Shown: positions 57,001-64,000 of the stretch, in pieces | Numbering within the stretch: the first letter of the stretch is position 1 | How the letters are laid out: each line of letters begins with the position of its first letter | Assembly: GCA_009914755.4 (NCBI GenBank) | Contig: CP068257.2 | Coordinates: 16,544,001 to 16,608,000, forward strand | DNA length: 64,000 bases | Direction of reading: 5' to 3' | DNA from: the human T2T-CHM13v2.0 reference genome, Homo sapiens | Notes under the pieces: generated by a model | Told to the model about the DNA's origin: nothing | Database searches by the model: none | The model's input: only the letters and a program-made list of their open reading frames with translations | Made by a program: the position numbers and the translations under genes

Positions 57001-59025
57001 AAATCTCCTTTGAAGATCCTATTTGTCACTGTTCAATCTGGAGCGCAAATGAATGAAGCCTGCTGTGACTTAGGCTGAAGCCACTGTATGGAGTTGCCCA
57101 TGTGAAGAGCCACTGAGTGCAGATCAGTGGCTGGAATTTAGGCTGTCCTTCCTTGAGACGTATTGATGGGCGCGTGAAGCAGATGCTCACTGGGAATTGC
57201 AGACATTTGAAAGTGAATGGTGAGAGTGAAGGAGTTCGTGATATATTTGGGATATTATATAGATTCCATAGTATACCCTTAAGAGTCCTGATATCACTTT
57301 TGAAAACGTTGGATTCCAAATAGTGTTTCTCTATTGATGTTTCAGAGCCTCTGGAGATTCAGCGATCGACTTATTCCTGAAATTCCTTTGTGGCCACTTT
57401 TACTGAGATCATCCTTCTATTTGGGGGCTTGAAGAAAGTGATGCATTTTAGGTGTTGAATAGATGCTGAGCTCCTTAGCCTAATCAGTTTGAAGTTCTCA
57501 TTTGAGTCTTTTTTTTTTTTAATGGACAAAGACCCTTAACTTGTGGGGGACCTCTCTCCTGACTGCCAGTCATATGGTCTTGTTTGGTATGAGCTGACCT
57601 GGAGCCCAGCTCCAGACATACACAATTCCTCACATAACCCTAAAGTCTCTTCTCGCTTGCCCTGGAAAGAGCCCTTAATTTCTGGATCAATTTGCAAACA
57701 ATTCTTAAACTTCTAATTTTGTTTAGTTAATTTGGAACTAAAATGTGTCATCAGAAAACCATGTGTCTTCTATGACACCTTATGCATATCCACAAGAGGG
57801 AAAAATTAAAATCCTTTGTTAATAAAATTATTGAATATTTGTTGCTTTCCCCCAACTCCCAATAACCTTGTAACATTTTTCCAAAATACAATTTTGTTGA
57901 AAAATTTTAATTCATAGCCCCTACTTTTTTCCATATTGTATGGGAAAAAAAAGGAAGCCAAGAGAAGCTTCCATCAGGGCTCTCCAAAGAGCATGCCTAG
58001 TAACACTCAGATTTTATATTTAAGACAACTCATCCAGATGTTTTGAAGTGACGGAGACACAAACAAAAAAAGCTGTTCTTGTCAGCCAGTCACCTTAAAA
58101 AACATCATATCTAAAAAGAACCTGTAAGAATTTATTTTCCTGATAAGTCAAACAACATCCAGAATAACTGCTGAACAGCCTTAGTTAATGAATGTGGCCA
58201 ACTTAAACTGATATAATTCTAGCCTAAAGATAAGAAACTGTATGTTAGGAAGTCTGTGCAAACATATTGAGGATACAGTTATTATTATAGTTTGGGCTTC
58301 CTGAATTACTAATACCATGAAGATCCTTCCTGACAAAAAATGCCTTCATTCTTGCTAGCTTTGTAGGCATGAGAGACATTTGGGCCTACTGATATATAGG
58401 AATATCTATCTAGTGCTTATGTTGTAATTTACTGGTATTCTTTCCCAAAGAAGGACCTGTTTACAGTAGCTCTGGGCATGAGTAACTGAGAGTAGGGTGG
58501 CATGAAAGGGGAAAGGAGATCCCCTTCAGAACCCTAGTTCTACAGGTATTTGGAGAAGCCATGGGTATCACCACCATCAACCTTGACTGCTGCTAAAGAA
58601 TTCCTGCAAATATGCCTCCAAATGAATTTCTTATCTATGCTAGCCATGACACTTGATTCATCCTTCCATTACAGCATTTATACACAGAGTTATTATTTTA
58701 TTTCTTTCTCTACACTGGACTCTGAGCCCCTGGAGGACAGCTCTCCTACCATGGCTATGCCCAGTGATGCTCTTTGACATGGTTTCCGGGGCTGAGCTAT
58801 AGCTCTGTTGCCTGGAGGCGTATCAGTTTTCCATTTTTCATTCAGAATCCCAGCAGTGTCTGTTTCTCGTGAATAATTAGCTAGTGTGAAAGTCACAGAA
58901 TCCATAGCCTCTACAAGGTGCAAATTTATTAACTGCCCATGGTTCTGCAATGAATTAGTGTTTTTAAAGGGAATATAAGAAAAAGGAAGTGATAGAATAG
59001 ACATTATTGTAGTTATTTTAGAATT

Positions 59026-59160
59026 CTATTTTTTTTTTTTTTTGAGACAGGATTTTGCATGTCCCCAAAACTGGAATGCAGTGGCTGGATTGTAGCTCAC
59101 TGCAGCGTCAAACTCCTACCTCAGCCTCTGGAATAGCTGGGACTCCAGACGGAGCTAGAA
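59026..59160 (-). mobile_element. Partial Alu (right-arm/monomer-like fragment), antisense, diverged
   Basis: 'tttttttttttttttgagacaggattttgcatgtccccaaaactggaatgcagtggctggattgtagctcactgcagcgtcaaactcctacctcagcctctggaatagctgggactccagacggagctagaattc'. Confidence 0.6.
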
Positions 59161-60282
59161 TTCTACTGTCACGAGTAGGGTGCATTTAATAATCTTTAAG
59201 GTCTTTCCAAGTGCTAAAATTTCTGATTCTGGAAGATTTGTCCTTATTGTATCAGTATTTACTTCCTTTTTCCAATAAAACAGTCCAACAGATGCTTACA
59301 GTGTACCCGTGGCTTATGAAACCAAAGACAGGAGGAAGTTAGAGGAAAGTGTACTTCCTATAAGACAAGTAATGTTATTTAACAAATTCTCATGCATTTA
59401 AAGCAACATAATGAGAAAATACCAATTCTACTGAAGCTCATTATGAGAACATTTTCAGAGTTCATACTATGGACTTGATATACATTAAATTCTTAAGAAC
59501 TTCTCTCCAGTATTCCTGGAAACTAGGTATCACAGTCCTTGGGTAGACTGTTTTAATAAAGAGAGCAGGTCAGGTTATGAAAAATGCAGGTTTTCCAATG
59601 AGCTTTACTTCTAATGTATATCGTAGATCACTGATAGATGATTGCAAAGAAATACATACATTTCATTTTACCTCCAGGAAATTCCCAAGAATTCAGAATG
59701 CCTACTTTGTGTTGACGGTTTTCTCTGGAGTTGCAAACACTGAGAGTGAAATCAGTTTCGAAAACCATGCTTCAAATATTCCTTTCAATTTGCTCTTGTG
59801 GCAGTTTTCGTCAAACAACCTGCTTGGAGATAATCTATTTGCAGAACCTAGGTGGGGACAAACCTGCCACATTATATAATTCACTGAGCAGGTTTTGGCT
59901 CTCACTTCACCAATCCATCTTAAATAGTGGCTAGTGCCCTGCATCTAGCAATACATATGATTAAGCAATTTAGCACAGAAAGAGAAAGGCCACACAACTT
60001 GGCAACCCCGTAGACATTTATCTTTGAGAAAACTAAACGGATCCAACTTTTTGCCAGAGTTTAATAGCAAAGCTGTCACATTTTACACAAAGAGTATCCA
60101 GTCCGCTAGCGAATGGAAAGAGGGGACAGGGAGGAGGGGACCAGAGGAGGCGGGCTGCTGACTGGACTGTTTTCAAAGGGGCTCCCGTGTTTAGGGGAGG
60201 TGCTGGGATGCTCCACATGGCTGGAGAGACGAAGTAGTTAAAAATTATTACTAGGGAGGGGGCCGGAACCTCGGGACGTGGG

Positions 60283-60289
60283 TATATAA
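60283..60289 (+). promoter_or_regulatory. TATA box ('gggTATATAAgacgg'). A TSS is predicted about 25-30 bp downstream (about 60310-60320). A GC box ('ggaggcgggc', about 60147-60156) and an E-box 'cacatg' (about 60225-60230) lie upstream.
   Basis: Consensus TATAWAA sits in a GC-rich context, about 420 bp upstream of the first ATG followed by a signal peptide, on the same strand. Confidence 0.55.
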
Positions 60290-60705
60290 GACGGTGCCTG
60301 AGCGCAGAGCGGCTGCTGCTGCTGTGATCCAGGACCAGGGCGCACCGGCTCAGCCTCTCACTTGTCAGAGGCCGGGGAAGAGAAGCAAAGCGCAACGGTG
60401 TGGTCCAAGCCGGGGCTTCTGCTTCGCCTCTAGGACATACACGGGACCCCCTAACTTCAGTCCCCCAAACGCGCACCCTCGAAGTCTTGAACTCCAGCCC
60501 CGCACATCCACGCGCGGCACAGGCGCGGCAGGCGGCAGGTCCCGGCCGAAGGCGATGCGCGCAGGGGGTCGGGCAGCTGGGCTCGGGCGGCGGGAGTAGG
60601 GCCCGGCAGGGAGGCAGGGAGGCTGCAGAGTCAGAGTCGCGGGCTGCGCCCTGGGCAGAGGCCGCCCTCGCTCCACGCAACACCTGCTGCTGCCACCGCG
60701 CCGCG

Positions 60706-60784
60706 ATGAGCCGCGTGGTCTCGCTGCTGCTGGGCGCCGCGCTGCTCTGCGGCCACGGAGCCTTCTGCCGCCGCGTGGTCAGCG
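60706..60784 (+). CDS. Probable first coding exon (partial CDS, start codon to splice donor). It encodes MSRVVSLLLGAALLCGHGAFCRRVVS plus one base of the next codon, a secretory signal-peptide-like N-terminus. Donor 'AGCG|gtgagt' at 60784/60785 gives a phase-1 intron. The gene is not identified.
   Basis: The ATG sits in a workable Kozak context (G at -3, A at +4: 'cgcgATGa'). It is followed by a hydrophobic Leu/Ala-rich stretch typical of a signal peptide, then a perfect 5' splice-site consensus (MAG|GTGAGT). The upstream in-frame extension of the ORF-track entry 60400-60900 is low-complexity G/A/R-rich and typical of read-through in GC-rich 5'UTR. It lies downstream of the TATA box and inside the CpG island. 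Confidence 0.5.
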
Positions 60785-63700
60785 GTGAGTCAGGGGCCGT
60801 CTCCCCGAAGAACGAGCGGGGAGAGGGGACCACGGGGCGCGGCGGGCAGCCTGTTCTCGGGCGGAGGCTCTCCGGGGCGTTGGAAACCTGCATGGTGTAA
60901 GGACCCGGGAGGAGGCGGGGAGAAATTGATTGTGCTGTTCTCCTCCCTCTCTTCTCTAACACACACGCAGAAAAGTTTAAATTTTTGTGAAGCGCTTGCT
61001 TACGTAGCTGCGGAGCGAGCCTCTGCTTCATTACGAGCGGCATAGCCTTTTTCAGGAGTGATTTCCACTTTCTTTGTGAGAGAGTTGACCACACGGCCGG
61101 GCTCAGCACCTGCCAAAGGGGTGGGGTAGGGCGGAGGCAGAGGGAACCCAGAGACAGAAGAGCCACCGCAGAAATGCCACCCTCTGTCGCTCTGACTGGA
61201 CTTTGGTCCCAGCACCGTGTTCACTCGGATGCTTTCTGTGACCAGATCAGTTCGCTGTGGGTCGCCTCCGGATGCCTGGGCATTCGGTCTTTGTTCTCAG
61301 CAGGACTACTGGCAAGGAACTGAAGTGTGGTCATTGCGTGTAGATGCCTTTCCTTTGCACACTGCGTTCCAAGTTGGGGACTTCCCAGAAAATGAAGTCA
61401 GCTGGAGTTGGGCCGAGGTATACTTGGTAATGACTGCAGGTTCGGCACACAGTAGGTGCACAATTAAGTCGGTCGAGTCAGTGCATGGGAAATCGATCAA
61501 AATTGGCAAGCTTCCCAGGTTGTCTTTGATTTTTCTTTTTTTGACTCTCACTGTCCTGTCGTTGAGCGATTTATATTGCAATTACTCTCCCTTACTTTTT
61601 GGGACGGTCTCTTCAAAAGGATACAGATTCTCGACAACCTAGGGTGAATGTGCTTAGGGCCTTACATAAAGGCTGATCATAGCTACACTTTATTGAAATC
61701 TCTTACTATGCTCATTGAAACATTGCAATAAGTATTTGTTGGATATATGTGTTTTGAGGGTGAAAAGTTTTTTTAAAACATAAAAAGCACAAATAGCCCT
61801 TTTCACTTTTGTACACCTATACAACAGGTGTCACTAGATGTAGAAATAGATGACAGATGACAGCAAGTAATTCAGCTGTGAAGCCAGACCTTTAGACATT
61901 GGCATATTAAGCTTAATTGTCACTGATCTTCCCCTTAGCAATTTGTGATGTTCTACAGCTTCAGAATATAGTTCTTACATGTGTAGTTACCGATCACTCT
62001 ACACTTTTTTCAGAATTTTCAGAATCTGTGACATTAGATCCTTTTCCTCCCTAAGTTAGCTGCAAAGAAAAAATTCATTATATAGACTCATCTGATTTTG
62101 TGAATTACTTATCTGTCTTTGTATTTATCAGAATTATTCATGCAACTGAATGAAAAGCAGAGACCATGCTTTGAACATAAGATGTTTTTTACTCATTGAC
62201 CTAAATAATATCCTTTAGATATGCTCTTGTTCCTAGGCCTCAACATTTTAAAGGGAGGAAAAATAATATCTAAAGTAAAAACAGAGCTTAAAAAATTGTT
62301 GAAGAGGTGTATTTTGCGTTCTATGAGTACATAATTTTTTCCAAATCTTTTGTTAGGTTTTCTTATTAAGCATTTATAGGCATCTTGTAGGTGACATCTG
62401 GAAAATTTCTAATTAACTGAACATGATCTATTTGATTTAGCATAAATGATGATGTTTATTTGATATTAAAATAATTAGTTATGTTTTCCTTATGAATAAT
62501 TCAATTGTCTTTGGTCATAAAATTCACATTGAAATTTAACCATCTATAAATTGATTTGTGACTTTTATTATTTGAAGACTAATTTCTTAAAAAGATATAT
62601 TTTGACCACAATGGCCAGAGAACAGAGCAGCCTGAAGCCTGACATTTTTGTAGCAATAGTTTCTAATGGATCTATTGTCTACCTGGTCAATGTAAGTTTT
62701 GAATTGGTGCATCAATTTTTCGTGCCACTTGGGACCATTCACCAAATCTTTATTGAAGAGTAAGAGCCTCTTTGGGGCTGTTATTAGGAACATACTTGCA
62801 ACGTATGGAATATATTTCTATTTGTTAAATTTCAGTACAACAATTTATAATTTCTATGTAGGATACTCAAATAATCACTGACCGCAGAAAAATAGACACT
62901 CACAAAATAATTCTCCACATAAATTATATTTAATACCTTAAAATATTCAATAAGGTACTTTCCAATACTTTTAAATACATCACCTTTTCTAAAGTTTAGA
63001 GCATTACTTAAAAATAAAGTGGATATATTTTAGCAAGAAATGACATTTCAAACAACTTCGTCATCGTAATCTGACCCATGAGATTTAGTGGCATCTAGTA
63101 GTAATAAGAAAGTATTTTTTCTAGGTCAGTGGTCATGATTATTTTGATGTACGAATATGCAAAACAAGATGTGATATGATGATAGTAATCAAAGCCTATT
63201 TATTGAATTTATGATGCTAATTTGGAAACTACCTTTAGGAGCTTAGACCTGTACTGATTTCTTACTACACACAGATGTGTAGAGAATATCTATGGGAGCT
63301 GCAATCATTTAATTTTGTGAAGTGACTGGTGAGTAGTGATGTCTTCTTTAGGACAAAGGTAAAAGGATTTTACTTGTAGGCATAAGGATAAATATGAAGG
63401 ATTCCAAATTCAGGTCTCTAAGTTGGGAGGATATGTTTGAAGAGCAAGTGATACTTTTAAACATTTGAAGTGTTTTGAAGTAATGTGTTTCTTTTTTTTT
63501 TTTCCTTTTTTCTTTCTAGTGTGCATAGCAGTGATCCCCAACCTATTTTTGCTGCAAAATGACATTAGGAATATTTCATGGTGCTTCCAGATTTCTCCAG
63601 GACACTTTAATATATATCAGTTTAACTTTATTAAAACTGGCACATGTTTTATTTAGGAGACTGGGTGATTTAGAGGCCTCTCTTCTTATCCTGTGGATAC

Positions 63701-64000
63701 CATAGAATATTGCAAATTCATGGGTGGTGAACAGTAGCACATACATTAATACAATATGATATAATATATACCAAGGGAGATACAAGAAAAACTGCTGAGC
63801 CTTTCTCAGCCTATGGAACTAATCTATGACATCATCAAAAGCATAAAATGATGACAGTGCAGTTTTCAGAGATGCAATTACTTTAAGTATCTCTCGGGCA
63901 TGAAAGGAACAAATTAATCTTATTACCAGTCATTTAATGAACTAACCATTTATCATAGCCATTATTCTTCAACTGCTGTTTGTCATCATTTTATGGTTTT

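Larger units (their letters stand above)
60100..61300. promoter_or_regulatory. CpG island (GC content jumps from under 40% to roughly 65-70%, CpG-dense) spanning a promoter, 5'UTR, first coding exon and the start of intron 1
   Basis: CpG density is obvious by eye ('ccgctagcgaatgg...gcgggctgctgactgg...cgggacgtgggtatataagacggtgcctgagcgcagagcggctgctg...cgcacccgg...cgcgcggcacaggcgcggcaggcggcaggtcccggccgaaggcgatgcgcgcagggggtcgggcagctgggctcgggcggcggg...'). The rest of the window is strongly CpG-depleted. Confidence 0.85.

Noticed and set aside
60706-60784. Attempt to name the gene from the signal peptide (compared mentally with many secreted or neuronal proteins, including SEMA3 family, RELN, NPTX2, IGFBPs, BMPs, WNTs, SFRPs and DKKs)
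   Set aside because: None matched. Assigning a symbol would be a guess, so gene_symbol is left empty.
60400-60900. 166-aa plus-strand ORF beginning at ATG 60400
   Set aside because: The portion upstream of 60706 (MVQAGASASPLGHTRDP...GGREAAESESRAAPWAEAALAPRNTCCCHRAA) is low-complexity open frame through GC-rich 5'UTR. The portion downstream of 60784 runs into intron (gtgagt...). Only 60706-60784 is retained as probable coding exon.
60033-61166. 377-aa minus-strand ORF, the longest in the track, overlapping the CpG island
   Set aside because: It lies entirely in about 70% GC sequence, where stop codons (TAA/TAG/TGA) are rare by composition. The translation is low-complexity and Pro/Ala/Arg/Ser-rich, with no recognisable domain and no start-codon or splice context. 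It is a classic CpG-island reading-frame artefact.

Overview
This window is human (primate) nuclear DNA, not a prokaryotic locus. It is AT-rich and gene-poor, and well over half of it is recognisable interspersed repeat. The single protein-coding signal I can support is a short CpG island near the 3' end (about 60.1-61.3 kb) that carries a TATA box, a 5'UTR and a probable first coding exon (ATG at 60706) opening a secreted-protein signal peptide and ending at a canonical splice donor. I could not name the gene from memory. The supplied six-frame ORF track is prokaryote-style and almost all of its ORFs are artefacts: Alu- or L1-encoded fragments, or stop-codon-poor GC-rich sequence in the CpG island. 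I found no operon-like structure, CRISPR array, tRNA/rRNA gene or any novel 'system'.

Repeat content, in order:
- Three LINE-1 copies lie on the minus strand. One is a 3' fragment with a poly-T tail at about 495-1035. One is a 3'-truncated L1 at about 20.5-26.1 kb carrying a nested Alu fragment and a nested younger L1 3' fragment, each with visible target-site duplications. One is an older L1 at about 31.6-38.4 kb, split by two independent THE1/MST-type (ERVL-MaLR) insertions (a solo LTR and a full LTR-internal-LTR element) and carrying a large internal ORF2 deletion.
- Smaller L1 pieces occur at about 10.85, 14.8-15.7 and 48.6 kb.
- About seven Alus and Alu fragments are present, most with A/T-rich tails.
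- Two further solo THE1-type LTRs and several MST/MLT1-type MaLR LTRs occur in both orientations.
- Simple repeats include (AC)n, (TA)n, (TTA)n, (AAAT)n and (TTTA)n.

Nothing here could be checked against a database. All repeat and family assignments rest on my recollection of consensus sequences, so treat the names as approximate and the coordinates as about +/-20 bp.
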